Source: Rikenellaceae bacterium (GTDB lineage Bacteria; Bacteroidota; Bacteroidia; Bacteroidales; Rikenellaceae). Taken from it: 64,000 bases of DNA. Positions 10,781-20,350 of the stretch are shown piece by piece (position 1 is the stretch's first letter; each line of letters starts with the position of its first letter). The notes beneath the pieces are model-generated. The model made no database searches. It was not told the origin of the DNA and was given only the letters and a program-made list of their open reading frames with translations. Location: NCBI GenBank assembly GCA_017425655.1, contig JAFPAT010000009.1, positions 2,534 to 66,533 of the forward strand, given 5' to 3'. The position numbers and the translations under genes are program-made.

Positions 10781-10810
10781 TTATTTTATATGTATTTCTT
10801 TGTTAATCAA

Positions 10811-11680
10811 CTATTTATTGGCAGATTGCAATGTCGCTTTTTGAGGGCTTCGTGCCGCTGCGGCAGCCTCGTTGGCAGCTCGCTCGGCGGCCGCACGTCG
10901 CTTGGCTGCACGTTGTGCTCTGCTCTCGCGCATACGCTCGAAACTTGCAAATTCGCTCGCCTTGCCTAAACGCACGCCGTAGCCGACCGTGATATAGATA
11001 TTGTCAAGCGGCGAACGTATCGGCGTAGTCGAGAAGGGGTTCTCCGGACCATCGGTTGCGTTGCCCGAATATTTGTTTTTGTTGCGCAGAATATCGCCAT
11101 AACCGAAGTAGTAACGCGCACCCACGCTGAACTCCGATCGTCCTGCGAGGTATGCAATGCCTCCACCGCCCGCAAGACCATAATTCCAACGGTTGTCGCG
11201 CACGATTTTGAAGTTATAGATGCCGCTTGCGTTCTGCAACTCATTGACATAGGTCGATGAGATGTTGTAGGTGAATGTTACCGCCAAATCGACATAAGCA
11301 CGCAGGCGGAAGTTGGCCAGATAGAAGTGTGGCTGCCAGACGATAGGCATCATAATTGAGTTGATGTGGCGTGTATATCGCAGATTTCGAGTCTCTTCGC
11401 TCGTCGTATAGGGAGCAAACGAGTATCCGCGTCGCATAAATTCGACATCCATACCGACTGCACCGACATATCGTTCGGGCGAGTAGTATCGCCAGGTAAG
11501 ACCGCCTGTATATCCACCCCAGATCATACTCATCTCGCGTTGGGGATAGAAACGTGCGGTCGAGGCTCCCCATCCGCCCTTTGCACCGATGACGTGCTGC
11601 GCCGAGGCAGGCTGTGCCACCATCAGCGCGAGAACCAGCGTTGCAAAGGCGATTGTTTTATTGAAAATTGCTCTCATCAT
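10811..11680 (-). CDS. Outer-membrane beta-barrel protein with charged C-terminal tail
   Basis: Signal peptide (PASA-Q), amphipathic strands (IGAKGG, YGLAGGGGIAY, ARYYFG). Confidence 0.7.
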   Translation of the reverse strand: MMRAIFNKTIAFATLVLALMVAQPASAQHVIGAKGGWGASTARFYPQREMSMIWGGYTGGLTWRYYSPERYVGAVGMDVEFMRRGYSFAPYTTSEETRNLRYTRHINSIMMPIVWQPHFYLANFRLRAYVDLAVTFTYNISSTYVNELQNASGIYNFKIVRDNRWNYGLAGGGGIAYLAGRSEFSVGARYYFGYGDILRNKNKYSGNATDGPENPFSTTPIRSPLDNIYITVGYGVRLGKASEFASFERMRESRAQRAAKRRAAAERAANEAAAAARSPQKATLQSANK

Positions 11681-11689
11681 CTCGTTCGT

Positions 11690-13756
11690 TTAGAAGTTGA
11701 AATTATTAAGACCGCCCAAATTTCCGAAGCCGCCAAATGCACCGCCAGAGTTGTTACGTGTGCCCTCCTCTTTGCGGCGACGCTCCTCTTCGCGCTTCTT
11801 TCGCAGCTCCTCGTAGTAGATTACAAGGCGAGCGCTCTCACGTGCATCAAGCTGGCGGATAAGCGATTGCATCGTCATCGGGGCGAACATTCGGTTCATA
11901 TCGGCACGAATCTCCACATCCCAATTCATCTTTGTCGGGATGGTCTCCTCGTCGCGTTCGTTGCGATAGACCTCGACTCGTTCGGGCTGGCGGCTCTCGA
12001 CCAGATTACCGCTATCCCAACGACCGTTGCCATTCACATCCTCGACAATACGCAGTCGCACATCGCCCTCGGGAACGTAGCTGAATGTATGCTGACCCGT
12101 CGTTGCGCCACGCTTGCGGTCGAGCACCTTCTTGCCACTTGCCTCGAGCAACTCCAAGATGTACTGCGCCGAGTCGCTCTTGCCCTGAAGGTTGATGATT
12201 ACTTTGGCGAACTTCTCCATCATCATCGTTGTAAGTTCCTTTCTGATAGAGTCGTTCGAGTAACCGGCCACGTCGGTAAATGTTCCCGCAGGTATCGAGA
12301 GTCTGTACTTCGCGCCATCGCCCCATTTGGTCATCACGCGCCAGCGGCGCATATTTGCCGTGTCGCGCGTAATGGTTATCGGCATCGGCTTCTCCTGCTT
12401 ATTTTCGTTGATCTCGACGAGTGTGAGCTGTGCCGTGTCGAGTTTGATCAACGGATATTCGAACTCGATCTCCAAGCCGTGTTCGGGATTCAGGTCGCCC
12501 GAACTCATAAAGCGGAACGAGAAGGGATTCTTCTCCGGCTCGGGAACGTACTCCTCACCTGCGGCCTCGGCACGTGCTCGTGCCTTCTCCTCGCGGCGAC
12601 GCTTGGCCTCATCCTCCTTGGTTTCGACCTTTTGCCACGAGAGAGCCAACGGCTCGGTGGTGATATTCAGCGTGTTGGTTGTGTCGTGCTTCATATAGAC
12701 GATACGACCGCGCAGTGTGTCGGGCAGTGTCGCGGGCGACTGCTTCAACCACAGCGACATCGTATCGCGACCCTCGGTCATATACTCCCAGATGATATTC
12801 TCTTGTGGCACGCTGTCGAGGATAATGCTATCGATCTGCGGATGTGCCGCACCGAAACGCAGGATGGCTTGGTTGCTCTTGGGACGCTCGGCCGAGGTAA
12901 GCATCTGACGTTTGAAGGTCTCATCCTTGAACATTCGCATATAGATCTGCGGCTCGCCCGTCCAATAGCGACGCAATGAGTCGTACCAGATTGCAAATTC
13001 GGGCATATCGACGGGGTTGTATATCGAATCGACGAAGCCGACCAGATCGGTTCCGGGGTCATACATCTGGTTGTCGTTCTTATCGGCGTAGGCGTAGATG
13101 CGATAGTCGATCGGTTTCAGGTGCTGAATGAGGAAGATGCCGTTTGTCTCGGCGCGACCGATTGCATCGGGTTGGCGACGCAGCAATGTCGAGTCGAAGA
13201 GTTCGGTGCGCACCATCGTATCGAGTGCGAGCGAGTCGGCGCGATAGAAATAGATGTAGCTTTTACCGACGCTATCCGACTTCTCGGCATCGGCCGTATA
13301 TCCCGACATCCACATCGAGTCGATCTCTGCACCTGTCGAGAAGACATACGAAAATGAGTGCAGGGGGTTGCTCTCGTTGTTGTCGCGCAACGAGGCACCG
13401 AAATTCAGCACGTAGGTCTGATCTTCGCGCAGGGTATCCTTGATGTCGATCAGCACGCCGCGACCGCGAATCGAGAGTGTCGGTTTGGTCTTCATTCGGG
13501 GCGAGGTGAAGAACTCCTTGTGTTGATCTTTAAGTTGCACATACTCGTTGAATTCCACATAGATACGTTTATGTGCAAAGCCTGTGAGGTAGTTTTCGGG
13601 CGTAGCTGTAATCAGCGTCGGCGGGATTGTGTCGCGCGGACCTCCCTGCGGTGTGGCCGTATTGGCACATCGTACTAACATCGACGAGAGAAACAGCAGC
13701 ACAACGGCTGCCTTTGCTATCGCTCGGAGTGAGATCGTCTGTTTGAAAAGCGTCAT
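11690..13756 (-). CDS. Ig-like (Big_5) domain lipoprotein
   Basis: CAN..PQGGPRDTIPP, FNEYVQL, YVLNFG..RDNNE, YVFSTG, DKNDN and DVNGNGRWD motifs. Confidence 0.8.
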   Translation of the reverse strand: MTLFKQTISLRAIAKAAVVLLFLSSMLVRCANTATPQGGPRDTIPPTLITATPENYLTGFAHKRIYVEFNEYVQLKDQHKEFFTSPRMKTKPTLSIRGRGVLIDIKDTLREDQTYVLNFGASLRDNNESNPLHSFSYVFSTGAEIDSMWMSGYTADAEKSDSVGKSYIYFYRADSLALDTMVRTELFDSTLLRRQPDAIGRAETNGIFLIQHLKPIDYRIYAYADKNDNQMYDPGTDLVGFVDSIYNPVDMPEFAIWYDSLRRYWTGEPQIYMRMFKDETFKRQMLTSAERPKSNQAILRFGAAHPQIDSIILDSVPQENIIWEYMTEGRDTMSLWLKQSPATLPDTLRGRIVYMKHDTTNTLNITTEPLALSWQKVETKEDEAKRRREEKARARAEAAGEEYVPEPEKNPFSFRFMSSGDLNPEHGLEIEFEYPLIKLDTAQLTLVEINENKQEKPMPITITRDTANMRRWRVMTKWGDGAKYRLSIPAGTFTDVAGYSNDSIRKELTTMMMEKFAKVIINLQGKSDSAQYILELLEASGKKVLDRKRGATTGQHTFSYVPEGDVRLRIVEDVNGNGRWDSGNLVESRQPERVEVYRNERDEETIPTKMNWDVEIRADMNRMFAPMTMQSLIRQLDARESARLVIYYEELRKKREEERRRKEEGTRNNSGGAFGGFGNLGGLNNFNF

Positions 13757-13822
13757 CTTTCGCGTCTTAACTTCTTTACTGTCTTAACTTTTCGTTTTTA
13801 GCCTATTAGCTTATAGACTCGT

Positions 13823-14428
13823 TTAATCCAACGGCTCGGCAGGGGTGTATTGACCCTCGTTCGAGTCGCCATCACTGCCTTCGTTACCCTCGCCATTGTC
13901 AGGATCGGGTGTTTCGGGCTCCTCGGGCTCGGGCGCAACGTACGCCTCGTTGTTCATACGCCAAGGACCCTCGACATACACCTTCTTCACCGACCAGGGG
14001 CGGAAGGTGATGCTCACATAGAGATTGGGAAGATTCTCCGCCACCTCGGTCATACGCCATCCGTAGAGCTTGTTTATGGGATCGACCACAATGATCGTCG
14101 CAGGTGTCGCCTTCAATTGCAGCGCAACAGTATCATTCTGCTGCACAGCTCTTTCGGTTGCATCGGAACGCTTCTCACCCGTCGTCTTTGAGGTCAGTAC
14201 GCCGTTGAGCGCATCCTCATACGAAGCAACGGTCCATTGTGTTGTATCGGCCATAAATGCGTATGCTACAACGCCTTCAGTGAGAGTAGCCACACCGCCC
14301 GACTCCATTTGGATATAGGGACGGATATTGTAGCGACAATCGAGCACCACCTTCTTAAAGCAACCGCCCAACATTGCCACAAATGCCACCGCCGCGAGCG
14401 CGAAGAGGCCTTTTCGGAACCTTCTCAT
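13823..14428 (-). CDS. Hypothetical lipoprotein with acidic low-complexity tail
   Basis: Signal peptide with lipobox LGGC; PEPEEPETPDPDNGEG tail. Confidence 0.7.
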   Translation of the reverse strand: MRRFRKGLFALAAVAFVAMLGGCFKKVVLDCRYNIRPYIQMESGGVATLTEGVVAYAFMADTTQWTVASYEDALNGVLTSKTTGEKRSDATERAVQQNDTVALQLKATPATIIVVDPINKLYGWRMTEVAENLPNLYVSITFRPWSVKKVYVEGPWRMNNEAYVAPEPEEPETPDPDNGEGNEGSDGDSNEGQYTPAEPLD

Positions 14429-14473
14429 CTATGTTAATTTTGTCTTTTTTGTATAAATTATTCGATTGATAAC

Positions 14474-14992
14474 CTATTCGTTACCAATCACTTCGCTTTC
14501 GTGCTTCGAGAGTAGCTCGGCACGCAACTCCTCCATCGTCTTGCCCGAGATGGGGTGCTTCTTCGACTTCATCAACTCACACAGCGGCGCAAGCACAAAG
14601 TCGCGCTCCTCGATCAGCGGATGGGGAATAGTCAAGCGGGGCGACTCCAACACCAGATCGTCGTAGAATAGTACATCGATGTCGATCATACGCGACGAAT
14701 AGTGAGCCCCCGTCTCTGCTTTAAGACGTGCCTCCTCCTCGCGGTCGCGACCCAACTCGCGCTCGATGGCCTGTACTGCATCCAGAACCTCGTCAGCCGA
14801 GAGATCAGTATCGACCTCCAGCACCTGATTCGAGAACTCATCGTCGGCCTTGAAGCCCCAGGGGCGACTCTTGTAACGGTGCGAGCAACGCAAAACGATG
14901 CCCACCTTGTCGTTAATCATTCGCTGCGCGGTGCGTAGGCGCGACTTAACATCGCCCAAATTACCGCCTGTAATCAATACTACACGTGCCAT
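14474..14992 (-). CDS. folK: 2-amino-4-hydroxy-6-hydroxymethyldihydropteridine diphosphokinase
   Basis: GGNLGD, PWGF..FSNQV, IERELGR, RMIDIDVL, LTIPHP..RDFVLAPL. Confidence 0.93.
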   Translation of the reverse strand: MARVVLITGGNLGDVKSRLRTAQRMINDKVGIVLRCSHRYKSRPWGFKADDEFSNQVLEVDTDLSADEVLDAVQAIERELGRDREEEARLKAETGAHYSSRMIDIDVLFYDDLVLESPRLTIPHPLIEERDFVLAPLCELMKSKKHPISGKTMEELRAELLSKHESEVIGNE

Positions 14993-15067
14993 ATTAATTC
15001 TGTTTTTTTGTTCTTTTAGGTTGTTATAGTTTGCTTTGTTTTTAGGTTTTTCTCTCTTTTGGTTGCG

Positions 15068-16210
15068 CTATACTTTGACAATCATCTTGCTGACTGCCAG
15101 CGCAAAGTGTGTGGCCACAATCAGCGAGTTGCCATTCTGCACAATCTGTGCGCGCGCCGTTTCGATCTCGGCAACCAGGGCTTCGATGTTGTGGTTGCCC
15201 ACAAAGGGTGCGAACTTCGAGCAGAAGGCCGCCTCCTTGTCCCAGAGGTAGCTGATCTCGCCCATGCCTGCATTGAGCATATAGCTCTCGCGCAGCAGTC
15301 GCAACGCATCACCAAAGAAGTCGATCTGGCGGTCGCGTGTCAGCGCCGAAAACGACTCGGCCCAATCGAGCAGTTCGAGGTGTTTGTTGCTGTAACTCAA
15401 TCGCATAAGCGAACAGAACATATCGAATGAGCTCTCCGACAGATCGTCGCTTCCTGCGGCCAAGCGTCGTCCTTCGATCAGATTTCCGCCTGCCAAACGG
15501 GCCAGCTGTCCCGCACGTTGTTCATCCAAGTTGTACTCTGCAATGAGCTGTGCCATAAGGTCTTCGGTCGCAATACGCGGTATGGTTATCTCCTGTGTGC
15601 GCGAGATAATCGTCGTGAGCAGTCGTGCCGGCTGGCGACTCACAAGCAGGAAGAGGGTTTTGTCCCAGGGCTCCTCCAAGATTTTGAGCAGAGTGTTTGC
15701 CGCCTCGATATTCATCCTCTCGGGCATCCACATCAGCACGATCTTATAGTCGCCCTCGAAGCTCTTGAACGAGAGCTTGCGGATGATCTCGCCCGCATCG
15801 TGTACCGAGATCAGCGGTTTGAGCGTCTTGCCCAGATCGAGGCGGTCGTTCCACATCGACTCGTCGAAATAGCCGCCCGTCGAAGAAATTTGCTCGCGCC
15901 ACACTTTCAGGAAGTCGCCACACATCATCTTCTCGCCCGACTTTTTTCCCTGCTTATTGACCGGAAAGATGAAGTGCAGATCGGGGTGCATCAGCTCCTC
16001 CATCTTGCGACACGAGGGGCACTCGCCACACGAATCGCCATCGTGGCGGTTGCTGCAATTGATATATTGGGCATAGGCCAATGCCAACGGCAACGCTCCG
16101 CCGCCGCACTCGCCCGCAAAGAGCTGTGCGTGGCTCACACGGCCTTGATCGACCGCGCGGCGCAGTCGATCTTTGATCTCGCTATGTCCTATAACGTCGG
16201 AAAAACGCAT
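15068..16210 (-). CDS. holB: DNA polymerase III delta' subunit
   Basis: FSDVIG, SHAQLF, CGECPSC, HPDLHFIFP, AANTLLKILEEP, TIISR. Confidence 0.92.
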   Translation of the reverse strand: MRFSDVIGHSEIKDRLRRAVDQGRVSHAQLFAGECGGGALPLALAYAQYINCSNRHDGDSCGECPSCRKMEELMHPDLHFIFPVNKQGKKSGEKMMCGDFLKVWREQISSTGGYFDESMWNDRLDLGKTLKPLISVHDAGEIIRKLSFKSFEGDYKIVLMWMPERMNIEAANTLLKILEEPWDKTLFLLVSRQPARLLTTIISRTQEITIPRIATEDLMAQLIAEYNLDEQRAGQLARLAGGNLIEGRRLAAGSDDLSESSFDMFCSLMRLSYSNKHLELLDWAESFSALTRDRQIDFFGDALRLLRESYMLNAGMGEISYLWDKEAAFCSKFAPFVGNHNIEALVAEIETARAQIVQNGNSLIVATHFALAVSKMIVKV

Positions 16211-16272
16211 TGTCTTCTTGTTTATCTGTTTTTGTCGAGTGAGTTGTGAGCATCAAGTTTTCATGCTGCCAA

Positions 16273-16497
16273 TCACTCATTTTCATCTCCGTAGCCCCAC
16301 TCTTTTAGAGCTGTTTTGAAGGTTTCGCGGGCAAGTTGCAGACTGCGAACGAGGCAAATCAGTCCAACCACACCGAAGATAGCGACTATTAACCAACGCG
16401 GTTGTTCCATCTCAAACTCCTTGATCAGGCTCACCACGCAGTGAATTGTCATCATAAGGTAGATGATGAAAAATAGTTTCGCCCAATTGATTCTCAT
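16273..16497 (-). CDS. Small two-TM membrane protein, paralog 3 of tandem array
   Basis: 74 aa, two hydrophobic segments, RSLQLARE motif shared with neighbours. Confidence 0.7.
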   Translation of the reverse strand: MRINWAKLFFIIYLMMTIHCVVSLIKEFEMEQPRWLIVAIFGVVGLICLVRSLQLARETFKTALKEWGYGDENE

Positions 16498-16512
16498 TGC
16501 GATCTTGAATTT

Positions 16513-16725
16513 TTATTCGCCTTGTGTCTCTTTGATCATTTTAAGCAACTCGCGGGCAAGTTGAACGCTACGCGCAACGCATATGCCGAGAATTACGGCA
16601 TAGATCACAACCCACATCCAACGCACCTCGCTCATCTCCAACTCGTTGATAAGGTCTGCTACGAAATATACCGCTAACGAAATGAAGATGATCAGGAATA
16701 GAATGATCTTTGTTTTCATATTCAT
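16513..16725 (-). CDS. Small two-TM membrane protein, paralog 2 of tandem array
   Basis: 70 aa, ELEM..RW..RSVQLARE. Confidence 0.7.
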   Translation of the reverse strand: MNMKTKIILFLIIFISLAVYFVADLINELEMSEVRWMWVVIYAVILGICVARSVQLARELLKMIKETQGE

Positions 16726-16754
16726 TGTTTGTCTTTTTCAATAGGGTTCAGAGG

Positions 16755-16955
16755 TTACTCGTTCCAAACAGCAATCAGCCCTTTGACAAGCTGCACGCAA
16801 CGTACAACGGCCAGCACTCCCATTGCTGCATAGAGCACCAGCCAGAGCCAATTACACATATTTCCCGTCAGCTCCTCGACGATGAGCATCACACATACCG
16901 CCGTAACGAATAGGTAGAGAATGAGAAAACCGATCAGTTTTGCTTTCATTTTCAT
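16755..16955 (-). CDS. Small two-TM membrane protein, paralog 1 of tandem array
   Basis: 66 aa, MKAKLI..EEL..NW..RCVQL. Confidence 0.7.
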   Translation of the reverse strand: MKMKAKLIGFLILYLFVTAVCVMLIVEELTGNMCNWLWLVLYAAMGVLAVVRCVQLVKGLIAVWNE

Positions 16956-16976
16956 TCCGTTTTTTGTGGTTTATTA

Positions 16977-17411
16977 CTACTGCTTGCCTGTTGAGCCGAA
17001 GCCGCCAGCACCGCGTTCGCTATCTGAAAGCTCCTCTGCGAGCTCCCACTCGACCTGCTCGTGGCGTGCTACGACCATCTGCGCAATACGCTCGCCGCCC
17101 TCGATGCGGAACTCCTCGTTGCTCAAATTGACAAGTATTACACGAATCTCGCCACGATAGTCGGCATCGATCGTGCCGGGCGAATTGAGCACCGTGATAC
17201 CGTGTTTTGCAGCCAAGCCGCTACGCGGACGGATCTGCATTTCGTAACCTGCGGGCAACTCGACGTAGAGTCCCGTAGGGATCATTGCGCGCTCCAACGG
17301 GCGCAATACTACCGCCTCATCGATATCGGCACGCACATCCATACCCGCCGAAAGGGGCGTAGCATAGCGCGGCAGATCGAAGCGCGAACGGTTGATAACT
17401 TTTACCTTCAT
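16977..17411 (-). CDS. dut: dUTP diphosphatase
   Basis: [37 protein letters not shown]. Confidence 0.97.
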   Translation of the reverse strand: MKVKVINRSRFDLPRYATPLSAGMDVRADIDEAVVLRPLERAMIPTGLYVELPAGYEMQIRPRSGLAAKHGITVLNSPGTIDADYRGEIRVILVNLSNEEFRIEGGERIAQMVVARHEQVEWELAEELSDSERGAGGFGSTGKQ

Positions 17412-17611
17412 TGTTGTTTATCGTTTTTGTTGTTCTTTCTCACTCGCAGGGTCTGTATCAGCGCGACGGCGATCAAACCGACGAAGCTCACCGCAAGACC
17501 TACGGTTCGCTCGGTGCCCTCCCAGCGCAGAGCTGCAACGCCGAGGGTGAAGAGCACAAGGCTTACGGCATAGACCACAAGTTTTAGTTTCGTTTTTGTT
17601 GTCATCATCAT
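17408..17611 (-). CDS. Small two-TM hypothetical protein
   Basis: 67 aa, two hydrophobic helices; stop overlaps the dut start (ATGA). Confidence 0.6.
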   Translation of the reverse strand: MMMTTKTKLKLVVYAVSLVLFTLGVAALRWEGTERTVGLAVSFVGLIAVALIQTLRVRKNNKNDKQQ

Positions 17612-17626
17612 CGTCTAAATTTTTTT

Positions 17627-19096
17627 CTATCTGCGTCTTAACATCGCTCTCAACATCGCCCTCACGTCGATCTTTTCGCGGCGCACGACGTAGAACGCAT
17701 ATCCTGCTACAATTGCCAGATTAACAATGTATTGCAGCGCCACGCCAACCTCCGCGCGCTCCACAACGACACTCGCCACGTAGGCCGCTAACGCAACAGC
17801 GACATACTCCGCAATACGAGCCATCGGATAGGGTGTCGGGTAGTATCGGCGATTGAGCCAATAGCTTACGGCAACCATCGCAGCCTCGCTCGCCAGTCGT
17901 GCCCACGCAGCGCCGTAGTAGCCATATCGTGGCACCAACAGGAAGTTGCACAATACGGTGAATATCAGACCTATGAATGTAACCACAATAGCCAATCGCG
18001 TGCGCTCCTCGCGCTTGTACCAGAATGAGAGATTGAGCCACACGCCACTCAATACGTTTGCGCCGAGCACTACGGGCAGGATGAAGATCCCCTGTCGGAA
18101 GTCGCGACCTACAATCAACGCAAAAACATCCTTAAATAGTGCGATGCCGAGGAAGATCAACATCGAGGCGATCATATAGTATTTCAGCGCGGCGGCGTTC
18201 ATCGCCTTGAAGTCGTCCTTGCGATAATTTGCGAGGAAAAATGGCTCGGCCGCCAAGCGATACATCTGCGTAAAGAGCATCATTACGACCGCGATTTTTG
18301 TGATCGCACCATAGATACCGAGCTGTGCCATAGCGTTTTCCGACACGAGGTACTTGATCATCTGACGGTCGATAAACTCATTTGCCGTACCTGCAATTCC
18401 ACTCACTAACAGTGGCAACGAATAGCTGAAAATGGTTGCCAGCAACAGCCAATCGATCTTCGGCAGAGTGCGATTTGTCGAGGGCAGCATTGCGGCAAAA
18501 GTGATCACACTCGCCATCAAATTGGCCACAAAAGCCCAACCCACGCCGAACTCCGTAGCGAACAGCCCCATCGCTCCGAAGGCAAATGCGAGACCCGTCT
18601 GCAAGACGATATTGACCATTTTGAGCGTAACGAAACGGCCTGCGCGACCCTGCTCGCGAAGACGTGAGAAGGGGATGCAGGTCGCCACGTCGAACATCAC
18701 GATCGCTCCGACAATCACCACATATTCGGGATGAGCTACGTATGCTTCTCCCATCGCCACTGCAATTTTTTCGCGTAGCAGAACCACCGCCACGAAGAAG
18801 ACGAAGGCCGCCAGCGAGGTGATTCCCCAGACGGTTGCAAAGAGACGTTTCTTTGCCCCCTGCACGTCGCCCCCTGCGGCATCGGCTTTGGCCGCAAATC
18901 GGAAATATCCCGACTCCATGCCCATCGTCAAAACGACCAGAGCGAAGGGTATAAGTGCGTAAATATCAGTGATAATGCCATATTCCGCCTGCCCGAAAAC
19001 GCGGGTATAGTACGGCGTGAGCAGGTAGCTCAAGAAGCGACCTACGATGGTGCTGATGCCGTAAATGGCGGTCTGTTTGGCGAGTTTTTCGAGCAT
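17627..19096 (-). CDS. Oligosaccharide flippase / polysaccharide biosynthesis (MOP/Wzx) family protein
   Basis: KLAKQTAIYGISTIVGRFLSYLLTPYYT, GMESGYFRF, AAEPFF; about 12-14 TM segments. Confidence 0.88.
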   Translation of the reverse strand: MLEKLAKQTAIYGISTIVGRFLSYLLTPYYTRVFGQAEYGIITDIYALIPFALVVLTMGMESGYFRFAAKADAAGGDVQGAKKRLFATVWGITSLAAFVFFVAVVLLREKIAVAMGEAYVAHPEYVVIVGAIVMFDVATCIPFSRLREQGRAGRFVTLKMVNIVLQTGLAFAFGAMGLFATEFGVGWAFVANLMASVITFAAMLPSTNRTLPKIDWLLLATIFSYSLPLLVSGIAGTANEFIDRQMIKYLVSENAMAQLGIYGAITKIAVVMMLFTQMYRLAAEPFFLANYRKDDFKAMNAAALKYYMIASMLIFLGIALFKDVFALIVGRDFRQGIFILPVVLGANVLSGVWLNLSFWYKREERTRLAIVVTFIGLIFTVLCNFLLVPRYGYYGAAWARLASEAAMVAVSYWLNRRYYPTPYPMARIAEYVAVALAAYVASVVVERAEVGVALQYIVNLAIVAGYAFYVVRREKIDVRAMLRAMLRRR

Positions 19097-19284
19097 TGTT
19101 TTGTCGTTTATAACTTACAAAGTTATAAAAATTATTCGCTCTACCAAACAGATTTTCCGAAGAGAGTACAATTCTGCCGCACTTTACTCGCGCGGGAGCC
19201 TGCGCGGGCGCGAAAGCCGAAGCCGAAATACAATTGTTTATTGTAATAATTTTATGGCTGTTTCCGGCTTGTTGAAAAGCATAA

Positions 19285-19333
19285 AAAACGGGCAGAAACC
19301 ATTGGTCGTGCGACCAATAATCTCTGTCCGTTT
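19285..19333 (-). terminator. Terminator-like long hairpin after the methyltransferase
   Basis: AAACGGGCAGA..ATTGGTCG/CGACCAAT..TCTGTCCGTTT, with T-run on the minus strand. Confidence 0.55.
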
Positions 19334-19355
19334 ATCGCTGTTGTCGTTGTTGGAA

Positions 19356-20132
19356 CTATCGCTTGCGAACGATATAGAGAAGATCCTTGGGTAGAGCATA
19401 ACGCTCTCGTTCTTCGGTAGTTAGTATTGTCGCATAGTCCAAATCCTCGACCTCGAAACCTGCCTCGCGCAGGCGGTCGGCGTAGTCGCGACCATAGACG
19501 CGGCGGTGGTCATACTGACCGAAGATTCGGGTGCGCTCCTCGGGGTCGGTTATTGAGTCATCCTCGAAAGTTTTTTCACGTTCCAATTCGACGGGCGAAA
19601 GGATCACTCCCCACCCCTCCCCGCGACGCATCACGCGGTGGATCTCACGCATTGCCTGCAGGTCATCTTCAACGTGCTCCATAATATGGTTGCAGAAAAC
19701 CACATCAAAGCTCTCATCTGCCAGCGGAATGTGCTGAATATCAAAGTGTAAATCTGCCAACGGGCTCTCCAAATCGGCAGTTACATAATCCTCCTCGTGC
19801 CCCTTGTATGCCTTGCGCAGATGGCGCATCAGGCAGACTTCGGGAGCCACGTGCAACAGTCGCGGGCGGCGCTCAAATAGGTCGCTCTCGCGCTGCAACC
19901 AGAGCCAAAGCAGGCGGTGGCGTTCAAGCGATAAGCAATTGGGACACAAGGCATTATCGCGCGATGTTACATATCCGTACGGTAGGAATTTGCGACGTTT
20001 CGTACCGCACACGGGGCACTCGCGACCGCGACCTACGTAGAGCAGACCGAGCAGAGGTACCGCCCAGCCGGCCATACGTTGCAGGATGGGGCGCGGTATA
20101 GCGTTGAGTATAAAGCGGATAAGTCGTTTCAT
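19356..20132 (-). CDS. Class I SAM-dependent methyltransferase with N-terminal CxxC pairs
   Basis: CPVC/CPNC, LERHR, LLHVAPE, DESFDVVFCNHIMEHV, FGQYDHRRVYG. Confidence 0.85.
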   Translation of the reverse strand: MKRLIRFILNAIPRPILQRMAGWAVPLLGLLYVGRGRECPVCGTKRRKFLPYGYVTSRDNALCPNCLSLERHRLLWLWLQRESDLFERRPRLLHVAPEVCLMRHLRKAYKGHEEDYVTADLESPLADLHFDIQHIPLADESFDVVFCNHIMEHVEDDLQAMREIHRVMRRGEGWGVILSPVELEREKTFEDDSITDPEERTRIFGQYDHRRVYGRDYADRLREAGFEVEDLDYATILTTEERERYALPKDLLYIVRKR

Positions 20133-20350
20133 CGCGTGCCCTCCTCGTTACTGCCAAGCACCTCGGCGACCTCTTTTTCGGCACGCGCAAGACGTTGTTT
20201 GCACTGCGCGATAAGCTCCGTGGCGCGCTTCACTTCGGCCGACAGAGTATCGACATCCATCTGTCGATTGTTGAATCGAGCGAGGATTTGCTCCACTTCG
20301 GACATCGCTTCGGCGTAGGTAAGTTCCTGTTTTTTAGTTGTTTTTGCCAT
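20129..20350 (-). CDS. xseB: Exodeoxyribonuclease VII small subunit
   Basis: TYAEAMSEVEQI..DVDTL..VKRATELI..C..L; follows xseA. Confidence 0.92.
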   Translation of the reverse strand: MAKTTKKQELTYAEAMSEVEQILARFNNRQMDVDTLSAEVKRATELIAQCKQRLARAEKEVAEVLGSNEEGTR

